Below are positions 27,890 to 42,049 of a stretch of DNA of 64,000 nt, one piece after another. The stretch comes from Octopus vulgaris (Eukaryota): contig OX597825.1 of NCBI GenBank assembly GCA_951406725.2, positions 64,046,001 through 64,110,000 on the forward strand, written 5' to 3'. A program made the position numbers and the translations under genes. The notes under the pieces were generated by a model, which had not been told where the DNA came from, ran no database searches, and was given only the letters and a program-made list of their open reading frames with translations. How positions within the stretch are numbered: the first letter of the stretch is position 1; every line of letters begins with the position of its first letter.

Positions 27890-28150
27890 AATTATCCTTC
27901 GAAAAGACGGTCAGTAGCCACGCCTGCTGGGTTCGGCTGCTTTGCATTGATAAGGGGCAAATACTCTGAAACTAGTCTGCAGATGCTTGACCAGCAAGGG
28001 GAAGCGGCTGACCTCCCTTGTTTGAAGGCTAGAATGGACACAGGTTCGTGTGTCACATAGCTAGCTAGAGGCCATGGCCTGTTGGAGCTAATCATTCGTC
28101 CTATATTTCTGGATTGCCATATTAGCATGGCGATAACTATTAATAATTAG
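27890..28150 (+). mobile_element. Penelope-type short element carrying a hammerhead motif
   Basis: Contains the motif at 27941-27983; shares ctccc.tgttt...gtgtcacatagc...gg.gctaa with 57240-57330. Confidence 0.5.
27941..27983 (+). ncRNA. putative minimal type I hammerhead ribozyme, U3-A8 core variant
   Basis: Stem I uuugca/ugcaga; core UUGAUAA; stem II gggg-caaaua-cucu; GAAA; palindromic stem III ACUAGU; GUC cleavage triplet. Confidence 0.55.
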
Positions 28151-31100
28151 TAAATGTTTTCCAAATAATTAAATATCCTGAACGTTACATAATAACAATG
28201 CCGTAATGTAAAATGGTGTATCATATCGTAGCATAGATAAAATGTTGTTTAGATGTTCCCAAGGGGAAAACATTCAAAACCTCGTAGTTATGCTTATAAT
28301 CTGGTGCATGTTTTGCTATGATCATCAGTGTTTCATTAAAAAGCTTTAGAGGATCTGTCTTTCATTAAAATTATGGGGAATCCTTTCTTCATTTCCAGCT
28401 CAAGTGGATCATGGAATTCTATCGGAAAATGAGTGGCATCAGTTCTTTCTCTCACGATATTGAATGAACAGCATTGAATTTGCTGAATTGATTCTTCTCA
28501 TTATTTTATTGAGAAGAACTAAGATACAATTCCTAAAGAACAATTCTGCGGGATTGTTGAATGTGGGATACATGAAATTAATGTAATAAAGTATTTGGAA
28601 AATCAAAACACATCAACAATGGGATAACAGATATTAAAAGAACGTATTTAAATAATGAAATCTTGAACTCTAAATAATATGAAATGAAATAAGTATCGAA
28701 AACATGAAATGATATATAATCTACGCAAAATAATGTATCTATATGTGAGAGGCACAATGCGTGCGTGTGTGTAAGAGAGAGAAAGTGAGGTAGTATTGCG
28801 TGTGTATGGAGAGAAAGTGTGCGGGTGTTTCCTGTATGTGTGTATGTTTGAGAGAGAGTGTCTGTTTGTGTGTGCTGTATTTGCGTAGGATCGTGAGAGT
28901 GTATATAAGTGAGAAAGAGTCTGTACGGTATGTGTGTATGAGCGAAAGTGTATGCCTGTGAGAGAATGATTTGTTCGTGTTGTACGTGTGTATGAGACAG
29001 ACTGTGTGCATATTACAAAAAGAGAGAGAGACGGAGAGAAAGTCTATGTGTGTGTAAGAGAAACAATGTGTATATGTTTGTGTGTATGCGAGCGCGCGTG
29101 CAAAGTATGTGTGTGATAGATGAGTCTGAATTTTCTGTATGAGCGAGGAGGGTCTGTATGCTATATATGTAAGTGTGTGTGTGTTATTTGTGTTTATGGG
29201 AGGGAGTGTGTGGGTATATGTGTGTACTCTGTGGGTATATGTATGCCGAATGTATGTGAGAGAGAGAGACAATGATTCTTGCTGCATGTGTGTTGGAGAC
29301 AGAGAGAGTGTGTGTGTTCTACTAAAACAATAATGGACATTTGGTTTGCAAATAAGAAAAAAATTCCAACGAGTTGTATGTAAAAATACTATTCGAATAT
29401 TTTCAAGATTCTCGACTTGATGAAAAACGATTGAATTAGAAAAGTTGGAATGTAAGTATTAACAATATATTTAAGATACTTGTCATTTATTATTAGCTTT
29501 CAAGTCAAAACAATTGAAGACTGTTAAAGGCCATTTGCAATTGTGAAGAAAGCATGACGGTACGTCAACGGACTGGGTGCAAAGGTACTTTTATGTGCTG
29601 GAGAGAGAGAAAGAGAGAGTAAGAAGGAGAGTGTGCGTATGCTCGTGCGTGTGTGTGTCATTTCGAAGCTGGCACTATGAGTGTTGCTCATGAATGTGTA
29701 TGAAGAAAATTTTTATTCGTGTTTATCCAAGATATTGACTTGAAAATTAATCGAATTTTTCACAGCAAAATATTCATAATAAATACATATATGAAAACCA
29801 TTGTAGCATGCGATAGACTGTTTAAACTATACTCAACCTTTAACCGAACAGCCTTAGACTCTAAGTTAAATGTGTGTATACATACATGCATACTTTCACA
29901 TATATATCTAAATATATGCATGAATACACACATAGATATATGTATACATATATGTCTATCTATTTGTGTGTGCGCGTGTGTGTGTGTGTTTGGCTGGTCT
30001 CTTTGAACATTATAGAACGTATTAGTACCTGACTCTTCTAAATATAGACACACTAGACGAAGCTGGTACTCGGTCATCTGACTTAGTGAGAAGTAATTTA
30101 ATAGCCTTCAGATCACAACATGGGATAAAAAATTTCACGGTATTCTATCTTTAAAAAGTTTTAGTGGGAATGTGTTTCTATCGATTTACAATGACCATTT
30201 CGTACTCTGAACAAGTGAATTATTTACTTGTAAAAGTAATGTCTATGCTGTTTAGTATCCCACAGTAAAATACACACTTAACGTAAACCTTAGCTGTGAT
30301 AAAATATGTGACAATCTGAATCTTTGAATTAGAGATTGAATTACCGATAAAATCTATGCCAATATCTTCTACACGTTTGCTGTTACCATGATTCCACTCG
30401 CAAGATTTGCAACAATTGCAAATGTAAATAAAAGTGAAAACTGATAATTGGAAAGTGAACTTAGTTGATCAACGTAGCCATCATCCATTATAAAACTCGG
30501 AATGGCCCAAGTTACAGAAAGCACGAAATTAATTTCTCACACAACAGCTTTGTGGAAAGAATTCGATGGGGAAAAAATCTTTAAAAAATATACCATGGAC
30601 ATATAAGATGAATATAATCATTTTATAATTCTTATAATTTCCATAACAAGCTGCATATTTTATTAAATTTCTCTTTCGTTGTTAATAAGATTATCACATT
30701 TGGGATTATTTTAATCTAATATGATTATTTATAATTATGAACTAAATTTTCATTGCTTTTAATCCAGTTTTGTAACATGTAAGCACGCGCAGGTGATAGC
30801 AAAATTAGGACCTGTATGGAAATGCTCGCAGACACGAACCTAGAAATGTTCCCGCCGATTAAATCACATTGGCATAGTCGCAACCTATTCAAGAGTACAA
30901 GACTGGTTGACAAGAAAACAAAAACAAGAAAAAAAAACATGGAAAATATACAGGAAATTATCATCTTCTATTTTAATTTTAATGCATTGCTTATACAGCA
31001 AAATATCATACATGAATTATTTGATCTTATTTTTCAGTACCATCAAAAATAATTCAACCATTTTCTTCCTGAAACGAGAGGCTTGGCTCGACATAAAAAA

Positions 31101-33493
31101 AAGTATGCTTGTATCCCAATGGTATACGCACTTACTGAAGTTTGCTGACTTCGTTATTATTATTTCTACACTCACTTCCTTAACATGGCTCTCATAGACT
31201 GAACTTCCTTTGACCAAACGATTCCGGTCGATGATGTACAAGCAATAAGTTAATCATCAAAGATGTAGCAGACATATTACATCCACCCATGTTCTTCCAA
31301 CTGAAATAAAAACGGGATGTGTGTAACAGCTCCACTAACTTCTAGACATATGACTGAATTTATGCTCTTTCATCATAGATTACTCTTTCCAGGATATGCT
31401 TCTTCTAAATTGATATGCTTATATCTACTAAATCATATTTCTTTTGCAAACCTCTAAGTATGTGTTTCTTCTCCACACATATTCTCTCCCTCCCTCTCTC
31501 TATCTCTCTCTCTCACTTTCACACACACATACATATATACACACATACACAAACACACAGATTCTGATACTTCAGAAAGCAGATTAATCTGTCGGAAGAT
31601 GGTAAATGCAATTTTATAATTCGATGCAAAGTGAGATTTCGAAAGTTTCATACATAACGTTTTAAATCACCAACTAGACATGTGTGAGAATGAGGTGGTG
31701 TGAGAAAGTGTCTGTGTGAGTGTGAGTAGAAAACAACACCACTCACATCACTATGAAAACCACTACCACAAACACTACCCCATAGTTATCCTCGTCTTAT
31801 CTTCCTACATTGAATATTATACTTTCTTTTGTACTCATAAATTATTATGCAGCTGGCCTGCTACTCTCCTAGATGTCTTAACCATCATATAAGTATTCAA
31901 TGGTACACAGCTCCAAAGATTCGCATTTGGTCTCTGGCACTAACTTTAGTCCATATCTATAGTAATGCGATGTTTTGTGATGAGACAAGATTTCCATTTC
32001 TTTCTTAATATCAACATATATCCATTTGATATTTTGACAGTGTGCAAATAATTGCAACTACTTTGAGTACAAACTGTTTTCACTTTGAGAAAAATTTTCT
32101 TACAACAATTTCCCTTCACTCATCCAAGCTGCAGTTACAATATCGGAGTTGGTAGCCAGGCATGTCATTGATTTCGTTCGGTAAGATTCTAACAATGAGC
32201 GAGCAAGTGAAGCAGGTAGAAGCAGTAAGATACAAAGCGCAGTTTGTATTTATATCAGCCCTTTGAATTTGACTATCATCTTGCCTACTATTTAAACGCT
32301 TTTTTGTGTGCGTACGTATGTGTAAGTGCGTGTGTAGATTGATAGACAGACAGATAGACAGATAAATAGATAGATAGAGAGTTGGGAAGACAGACAGACA
32401 GATAGGCAGATAGAGAGAAAAAATAGAAAGAAGTTAGGTTAGATACACCCAAATATATTGTGGCTGTGGGAGTGTGCGGGAGCATATCGATAACGTGCAC
32501 ATACATGTATACGTTATACATACATGTATACTTGTGTATATATGTAAGTATTTGTTCGCAGTATAGTATCTTCTGTTCACGTGCTCAACATGTAGAACAT
32601 GCTAAACTATATAAAACAGAAATCAGTTATTTACTAACATTAAAATTTTTATCGCTTACGACCTTGATCAGCCAATACAAACATGCAGTGAGACGCCATT
32701 TTAGTTAAGAGAAAAACAATGTATTAAAAATATAAAATATAAATATATAAATGGAAAAGGAAAATTAAAGTCCGCATATTACAATAACTCTTAACGATGT
32801 TTACTTTATTAAAATATTATCAGTTCCTATTTTTTTTTATTTTTAAGTTTCTTTTGTCATTATATATATTATCGTTTAGAGCTCACTCATTCACTTTCTC
32901 GTTTTTTTTTTTATGTTTCTCCCAATGTTCTTCCATCAGTTTTAGATTCACTGCAGTTGTTGCTATTATGTAATCTAATTATAATTGTGGTACTTGCTTG
33001 TAGTTGCGTCGATCAGGTCATGATCAATACTAATAGAAAATTTGATAAATCTGGAGATTACTTTCTAGAGAAACAACTAGCGGTGATATCGATACAAAGA
33101 TACATATTTGGATATCCAATTTATTCATCTGCAAGAAAAATAGTGAGATATTGCAGTCAAGCTTTTCATAAACATTTTTGCCAGAAGCTCTCTGAACCAT
33201 TTCTCTTTGAATTAACGTAGAATCTGTTATTGTGCCGATTTCAGAGAGAGAAGATAATTGACGGTTATTAAGAACGACCAAATTCTAATTAAATTTCAAA
33301 TACTTTATTATTTATTCTCTGTGACTGAAATATTTTTTAAAGTGCTTACATTTATACTCTATTCTTGAACATATGTAATTAGATCCAACTAACAGCTTAT
33401 ATAGTATATTGTTTACGATTTCAATAGATATATTCAAAGACATCCGGCATGGAGTCCTCTTGGTCACGTTCTCACAGAACGCATAATTTGTAT

Positions 33494-33729
33494 TACTCTT
33501 TTACTCTTTACTCTCATATTTGTTTCAGTCATGTGACTGTGGCCGTGCTGGAGCACCGCCTTTGGTCGAGCAAATAGATCCAAGGACTTATTCTTTGTAA
33601 GCCTAATACTTATTCTATCGGTCTAGTTTGCCGAACCGCTAAGTTACGGGGACGTAAACACACCAGCATCGGTTGTCAAGCGATGTTGGGAGGAAAAACA
33701 CGGTCACACAAACATATACACACACATAC

Positions 33730-33780
<51 letters not shown>

Positions 33781-33929
33781 TACGACGGGCTTCTTTCAGT
33801 TTCCACTCACAAGGCTTTGGTCGGCCCGAGGCTATAGTAGAAGACAATTGCCCAAGGTGCTACGCAGTGGGACTGAACCCGGAACCATGTGGTAAGCAAG
33901 CTACTTACCACACAGCCACTCCTACGCCT
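33494..33929 (-). mobile_element. SINE family A, full length
   Basis: Reverse complement of 46247-46655, including the internal (TA)n. Confidence 0.9.
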
Positions 33930-34455
33930 ATTAGTATATAATTTTATCTAAGATATATAGGGTGTTGCGTCGATGCAAAAGACGTTTGTGTTGCATTTCA
34001 AATGCCAAAATTACACAAAATATGAAAGTTGATATAAACCGCGTGTGCAATCCTGAGTGGTGAAGAAGTTTACTTCGCAGCCTCTTGGCCTCGGCTTCGG
34101 CACAACAGTGTGAAATTCAACGTTCACACAGTCTCACACACACGCACACACATATATACTCACACGGACATATATTTGTGCGTCTTTGTATTTAACCACC
34201 ACCGTCTAACAAGTTATTTCTGTCCCCGTAAATTAGTGATAGAGCAAAACAAAAGGGAAGGAAGAAAATCCGGATTTAAGCAGAGAAATAGTAGGGTTGA
34301 TTTAGATTTGTTCAACTTAGAGCTTCAAGAGTGCAACCTGACACGATCCATGACTGATACGACTAATATAATTTGCTTCTTTATCCTCAGAAACGTAAAA
34401 TGTTTATTTTAGAGTGAGGGAAATTCTATTTCTGAAAAACAGTTTTTTTTAATAA

Positions 34456-34719
34456 ACATGCACACATGTTTTGATATCCATGTGTCTAACACACGTGGAC
34501 ATGCCTACAAAGTCAGAAAACAACACAGCTCCCATGACTTTCGGAAACATTTTTTCACGCTCAGAGTTGCTGAAGCATGGAATAAACTGCCTGCGTCAGT
34601 TGTTGACTGCCATGACACTGCATCCTTTAAGACCCTCATGCTTTCCGAAATCCGCCGAAACTACACCTGATTATATATACACTTTAGATGAGTTGTAGTG
34701 CACCTGAGCACTCTACACA

Positions 34720-34794
<75 letters not shown>

Positions 34795-34795
34795 T
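34456..34795 (+). mobile_element. CR1-clade LINE 3' end with (TTA)n tail
   Basis: NTRGHAYKVRKQHSSHDFRKHFFTLRVAEAWNKLPASVV is the classic CR1 C-terminus (TRGH..K...R..FF..RV...WN.LP..VV). Confidence 0.88.
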
Positions 34796-34956
34796 ATATT
34801 ATAATAGAGCCTCTTTACAATATTGTTGTGTGAACGCGCCCAGACGATGAAGTACGTCCAAAACGTAGATATAGAGGGAGCAGTCTAGACGTCGTCAGAA
34901 TAGAATTGAGTAGAAGGTATCCGAACGTGCGATATAACAGTGGCGACGAGGTCCTC

Positions 34957-35437
34957 TCGGGGTCGATTAAATAAGTACCAGTTACGCACTGGTGTCGACA
35001 TAATCGACTTAATCCGTTTGTCTGTCCTTGTTTGTCCCTTCTGTGTTTAGCCCCTTGTGGGTCGTAAAGAAGTATGTATTTCGTCTGTCGCTACGTTCTG
35101 AGTTCAAATTCCGCCGAGTTCGACTTCGCCTTTCATCCTTTCGGGGTCGATTAAATAAGTACCAGTTACGCACAGGGGTTGATATAATCGACTTAATCCG
35201 TTTGTCTGTCCTTGTTTGTCCGCTCTGTGTTTAGCCCCAGGTGGGTAGTAAAGAAGTATGTATTTCGTCTGTCGCTACGTTCTGAGTTCAAATTCCGCCG
35301 AGGTCGACTTCGCCTTTCATCCTTTCGGGGTCGATTAAATAAGTACCAGTTATGCACTGTGGTCGATATAATCGACATAATCCGTTTGTCTGTCCTTGTT
35401 TGTACCCTCTGTGTTTAGCCCCAGGTGGGTAGTAAAG
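34957..35437 (+). repeat. head-to-tail array of a 184-bp SINE-B unit (~2.6 copies)
   Basis: Period of 184 (ORFs starting at 35028 and 35212 are near-identical); units lack the 5' A-box segment. Confidence 0.93.
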
Positions 35438-35767
35438 ATATATATAAGGGAGGCGACGAGGATTTCGTAGCTTACACAGCCACTGTGTGGTATTACGATA
35501 TAACAAATTTAAAAAAGCTAAATATATCGGGTAGTTGTACATTTACGTAAACAGGGTTCTGTAATTCTTCCGTGTAGAAGAAGAATACAGGCTTTAAAAT
35601 ATTGCACAATGGAAATGTCAAACTGACATATTTCTGCAAGCTGATAAGCATGTCATGGTGAACTGAATCAAAAGACAGCTATAGCTTACACTTTATTTTA
35701 TCTAAGATTATGTGTTATATTACACACTTGTGAGTTTGAAATCTAGATTGTGAAGATAGAGGTATAT

Positions 35768-35827
<60 letters not shown>

Positions 35828-35837
35828 GCATATATAA

Positions 35838-35870
<33 letters not shown>

Positions 35871-35994
35871 CATATATATACATATACATACATGTATATG
35901 TGTATATGTATATATACAAATAATATATATGTGTATACATGGGTATATACACATAAATACATAGTTACACATATTTGTGTGTATGTTTATACAC

Positions 35995-36053
<59 letters not shown>

Positions 36054-36612
36054 TAAAGAAGTAGCAGTTTACAAAGTAAAAGCAATCGATCGATCTCCTC
36101 TCCCACTTCAAAACAGCTGCCCTTGCACCGAAATTACAAAAAATAAAATGTTCTCATCCGTTGAATGATGCCCTTATTTTATTTTCTTTCCCTTTAAAAT
36201 TTTTTGTTATAGTTTGTACTGGATAATAAACCAGATCTTTATTCTTGTATAGCAGATGGAAATGGATGACGATATTTCATGAAAAGAAGTTGTTTGATTC
36301 AGTATTACATTTTTATTAACATCAAGGAATTAGACCAGTTTAGATATTATTTTATGTTTAGAAGCAAATAAGACATGAAATTTAGAAATGTTGAATATTC
36401 GAAAGAAAAACTGGAAGTAGCGCCACATGAAAGAATATTTCCAAAACGTGGTAGAGACGAATTAAGCCAATGCGAAAACCAAAAATATATCAGAGAAGTA
36501 TTTGGCATAGAAGCAGAAACAGAAGTTTTATAGTAGGTGCACCGGATCAATGGGTTGCTACAAATTTCCCCTCACCTCCCGCGGAAGAATATTGCAACGA
36601 AAATGGGTCGAA

Positions 36613-36666
<54 letters not shown>

Positions 36667-36667
<1 letters not shown>

Positions 36668-36735
36668 CATAGACACACATATTTATACATATGCATAAAC
36701 ACACATATATAAATGCACGCACACATACATATATA

Positions 36736-36775
<40 letters not shown>

Positions 36776-36869
36776 ACATATATATATATATATATATGTA
36801 TATGAATATATATGTCTGTAGACGTGCATTTATATATGTGTGTTTATGCATATGTATAAATATGTGTCT

Positions 36870-36873
<4 letters not shown>
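36667..36873. repeat. inverted duplication centred on a (TA)n tract
   Basis: acatagacac(ac)atatttatacatatgcataaacacacatatataaatgcacg...tattcata is mirrored at ~36800-36873. Confidence 0.85.
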
Positions 36874-36936
<63 letters not shown>

Positions 36937-37149
36937 TGTGTGTGTATAAAACAAAATATTAAATTCTCGTACTAGAGTTTCCAATGTTTTCGTACGAAAG
37001 CAACAACCTTGTGGATTGCTCGTTAGATTCTATACAACGACAAAAAAGTTTAACTTTCTACCACGCTGACGTGAGGAAACGCCCAAACTCCTCGGTTTAA
37101 CAGGTAAGGTATAAAACATTAATGGGGTCAGGTTATGTCCCTTGGACCA

Positions 37150-37560
37150 GATTACAGCTCCGCAAAGGCGGAGATAAAATTTTACAGCTTGAAATGGACA
37201 CATAGAGAGGAAACTTCCTTACGACTATTCAACGCGCCATGTTTAGCATAGTCCTTAAGACTTTTGGTCCTCTGCACGATGCAGATTTTGCAACGGCCCT
37301 GGATGAGCTATTATTTACCACCTGATATCACATAGGGAACCTTGATCATTGAAGTGCAACACATTGCTTGCCAGAGACGTGACAAAACGTCTCTCTAGGA
37401 CTCCGAAGGATGTCTGGTGCTTGCTGGTGCAACGTTTGAAAGATGTACTGGCCGATCCGATATATTTACAAACCTGGTATGTGACTATATTCGCATTCCT
37501 GGTATATCACAGGTAAGCTGCGGTCCCAGAGATGCTATTGTTAACACTGGTGCTGACGTG
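37150..37560 (+). mobile_element. possible decayed L1/Tx1-like ORF2 C-terminal fragment
   Basis: GC-richer island; broken frames give KTFGP...QR..W and C.R.DKT-like segments resembling the pre-zinc-knuckle region. Confidence 0.25.
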
Positions 37561-37620
37561 CTAAATATGCGGATGGTATGATAGATAGTAATTGATCCCC
37601 TTACAAGTTAACAAAAAACA

Positions 37621-37659
<39 letters not shown>

Positions 37660-37677
37660 AATGTAAAAAAAAAACAC

Positions 37678-37910
37678 AAACTGGGACAAGAACGGGAGAC
37701 ATTCAGAAGACGATACAAAAAACACGGACGGGACATTCGAAGCCTTCAATCTTCAGTCAAGAACCGGATCATCTTCGCAATTTCGGCTGATTAATCTTGA
37801 GATTGCTCCGATCTGGCCAGCCCCAAAGGAAAATCTAAGCCAAAGGAAAATCTAAGCCAAGCGCATTAGATTCCTTGGAAGAAAGCCTCGATTGTATACA
37901 AAACAAGGAT
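37678..37910. mobile_element. repeat family F copy flanked by (TA)n, with a ~20-bp internal tandem duplication
   Basis: Colinear with 12460-12695; ccaaaggaaaatctaagcc occurs twice. Confidence 0.8.
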
Positions 37911-37993
37911 ATATATATATATATAGTGACGACAATGATGATGATGACGATGATAATGGTGGTGATGATGATGATGATGATGAGGGGGGGAGG

Positions 37994-38025
<32 letters not shown>

Positions 38026-38033
38026 GATAATGT

Positions 38034-38065
<32 letters not shown>

Positions 38066-38139
38066 TTGATGATGATTAGGAGGATGAGGAATATGATGGT
38101 GATAATTATGATCATGATGAAAAGAAGAAGAAGAAGAAG

Positions 38140-38171
<32 letters not shown>

Positions 38172-38214
38172 AATCAGCTACAGCAATATAGAATCGATGA
38201 TGCATATCGGTTTC

Positions 38215-38353
38215 GAAGCATGGCACAAGGCTCGACTGTTACTTATTCTATCAACCACGTCGACATCGACGGAGTATGAAACCTGAACGGAAAGACGTAC
38301 GAAACGCCGCTATACATTTCGTCCGGCGTGCTAACGATTCTTCCAGCTCGCCG
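38215..38353 (-). mobile_element. SINE family B fragment
   Basis: cgaaacgccgc...tttcgtccggcgtgctaacgattcttccagctcgcc. Confidence 0.7.
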
Positions 38354-38584
38354 AATTAAACGGTGATGAGTACTATGAGCAAGAAATAGAAGTATATATA
38401 TGAGTGTATGTATAATTTTATGTCTGTCTATAGTGTACCACTACTGTATGCATTTTAAATTTACATGACTGTAACCGCCATACAGATGCAGAAATGTATT
38501 CCGGCACGCCTGCTGTTGCATGCGAACACATAGAGCCAGACGTATGTACATACACATACACACACATGCATATATATGCCTATT

Positions 38585-38616
<32 letters not shown>

Positions 38617-38681
38617 CTCTTCCCTGTAAGATTGCATGTGTGTGTAACGTATATTTATGTGTACGCATATAAGCGTGCGTG

Positions 38682-38787
<106 letters not shown>

Positions 38788-39451
38788 AATACATATATAC
38801 ATACATACATACATATATGCCTACAAATATATGCATATATAGAAACATAAATATAAAAATATATATATATACATATACATATATAGATATAGATATATAC
38901 AGTAAGAGAGAGAGAGAGAGAGAGAGAGAGCGAAACAGAGAAAGTAAAGAATATATGCTTGTATGTGGCGGTCCATGCGCCTGCATTTCAGTTTGCTTCT
39001 AGTCAGCGTATGTGCGCATGTCTGCCAGTTTAGTTATTGTACACGCTTTAGCAGAAAGATGCAAATGACAGCTTTGAAATGATTAGAAAAAGCATCACTG
39101 TATTAATCCTTTCACTACTTACGTAGATTATCTTTATATCTTGTGGCACCAGACAGTCTGACTGATATCTGTGAAACATATTGTTCATGAGAAATTACCT
39201 CCATATTTAAACAGGGAACAAATTATTTGACTAGCATGTATATTATCAGCAATTCTGTGATTATATATTTTGTTACAATATTCTAAATAATTCTAGAAAT
39301 GCATGTGCTTATCTCGCAATTATGAATATACGTATTTATGTCTGTGCATATATAGATACAGTTATACGCTTACATACGTATGTGTATATGTATATTCATA
39401 CACATACAACCATATAAGTATTAAAGTATATACATGTATATATTTATATAT

Positions 39452-39557
39452 GTGCGCGTGTATCTGCGCGTGCGTTTGTGTGCCTGCGTGTGTGTTTATG
39501 TGTTGGCGTGTGTGTAGAATTTTGATGATGTAGACAGGAACAATCTAACTCAATATA

Positions 39558-39643
<86 letters not shown>

Positions 39644-39750
39644 TCTGCGCGTGTATCTGCGCGTGCGTTTGTGTGCCTGCGTGTGTGTTTATGTGTTGGC
39701 GTGTGTGTAGAATTTTGATGATGTAGACGGGAAAAATCTAACTCAATATA

Positions 39751-39820
<70 letters not shown>
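39452..39820. repeat. direct tandem duplication (~190-bp unit ending in (TA)n)
   Basis: tgcgcgtgtatctgcgcgtgcgtttg...aatctaactcaatatatgtgtgtgta(TA)n occurs twice. Confidence 0.9.
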
Positions 39821-39823
<3 letters not shown>

Positions 39824-39887
39824 GATATCAATAATCAGTGCCCACGCACTGAAGACTGAAACTCTCGTCTTCTAAGAGTTCTTCAAT

Positions 39888-39942
<55 letters not shown>

Positions 39943-39996
39943 ATATCAATAAGTGCCCACGCACGAAACTCTCAGTTCTTCAATATACATACATAC

Positions 39997-40038
<42 letters not shown>

Positions 40039-40151
40039 TCACACACACTCACACACTGTTATCCACATACATGCGTAAGTATATATGTATATATATGCAC
40101 ATGTGCGTATACTTGTGTATGCGCGTACGCACGCATTTGTATACACACACA

Positions 40152-40222
<71 letters not shown>

Positions 40223-40585
40223 GAAAGCACGATTTCCTGATATATACTCATGTGCAACAGTGATGTTATACGTAGCAAATAATTGTGAAGACGCATATTT
40301 TGAAACCTATATTTATTGTCTTTATTCCTACAAGGTTAACCCTGTACGAAATATTTGCTATGCATAATTTATCGTCGTTACCACACACTTCTGATACACG
40401 TATTTGGGGATTTCATATTTCTGTGCTACTTACGATTCAAACACATGTGCAAACGTATTTTACGTACACATATACTCGCACATACTTACAAACGCACACA
40501 CAGATACACACACACACATACACACACGCACATGCATATACGCACAAACAGACACGCATATGCACACACGGACATACACACACAC

Positions 40586-40638
<53 letters not shown>

Positions 40639-40639
40639 A

Positions 40640-40677
<38 letters not shown>

Positions 40678-40839
40678 ATATATATATATACATATTCACG
40701 CATGTATATATGTTTGTATATGTCTATGTCTATCTGTATATAGATAAATACATTTGCACACGCACGCACACACACACGCACAAACACACAAACACACTCA
40801 TATATATATAAAAGAAGAATGGCTGAAAATATCAATCCG

Positions 40840-40995
<156 letters not shown>

Positions 40996-41290
40996 ATTTT
41001 CCTGCTTATCACAGGTTTTGTTGAACTCTTGCAGGCGTAGAGGGCTTACTACCTGCAGCCCACAGTACCATGCTATTCGTTCTTTTCAGCAATCTAATTT
41101 TTAATACTTTCCTGATTATTCTGGCCGTGCCAGGAGCTAAACATTTTGTAACATTTCTACTGGGCACTCTGTTCTAATTTTCTTTATATTTCTTTTGATG
41201 TCTTTTGATACTGTTTCTAGGGAACGAACAATAACTAACACTATCTTCACTTTCTTCATTTTCCATAACCGTGCTATTTTCGTACTCAAA
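40996..41290 (-). mobile_element. R4/Dong-type retrotransposon 3' end
   Basis: Minus strand KIARLWKMKKVKIVLVIVRSLETVSK...VEMLQ, then (frameshifted) GTARIIRKVL, is an R4/Dong RLE C-terminus; runs into (TAA)n. Confidence 0.8.
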
Positions 41291-41753
41291 ATAAAGGAAA
41301 AGTTAAATTATAAGTATAAATATAACTGCCCATTTTCAATATTGAGTAGTCCGTAATGCCCACTTAGTTCATGCGGTGGAGTTTACGTATATAGAGATAG
41401 AAGCACACTCAACCCACATATATATACTTTTAGCGAATTACATTCATTAAATAAAATAATAGAGTAAAGAGGATCAATTGCACACATCAATAATGAAAAG
41501 ATACTGTTATAAATGGAAATGAAAATAACTAAAATAGTATAAATCGAAGGCTATAGTATCGGATTACCTTAATGAAAATCGGTGTAATGAATATAAGCAA
41601 ATATTTACGAAATATCAGTGAACACTAAAAGAGGAATAAATGAATGAAAATTAAATTAAAACAAAACAGCATCATCAGTATTAAACATCATCACCATTAA
41701 CACCTCCATCATTTTTCTTTGTCGTCATAGTCGTTGCCATCGTCGTCGTGTTA

Positions 41754-42001
41754 ATCATCATCATCGTCATCATCACCATCACCATCATCATCATCACCAT
41801 CATCATCATCATTATCATCATCATTATTATCTTCATCATCATCACCATCATCATCATTATCATCACCATAATCATCATTATCACCATCATCATCATTATC
41901 ATCATCATTACCATCATCATTATCATCATCATCACCATCAGCTCCATCATCATCATCTCCATCATCATCATCATCATCATCATCATTATCATCACCACCA
42001 C

Positions 42002-42049
<48 letters not shown>

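Noticed and set aside
30200-33300. Non-repetitive AT-rich stretches with short ORFs (possible hAT/MULE debris)
   Set aside because: No diagnostic motif could be identified by eye.
34957-35437. Regular repeat that might be taken for a CRISPR array
   Set aside because: Entire 184-bp units repeat, there are no unique spacers, and no cas genes are present.
37730-37800. Hammerhead in repeat family F (ctgaaga...gaa on the minus strand)
   Set aside because: Stem II and the GAAA/stem III geometry do not fit in any of the three copies.
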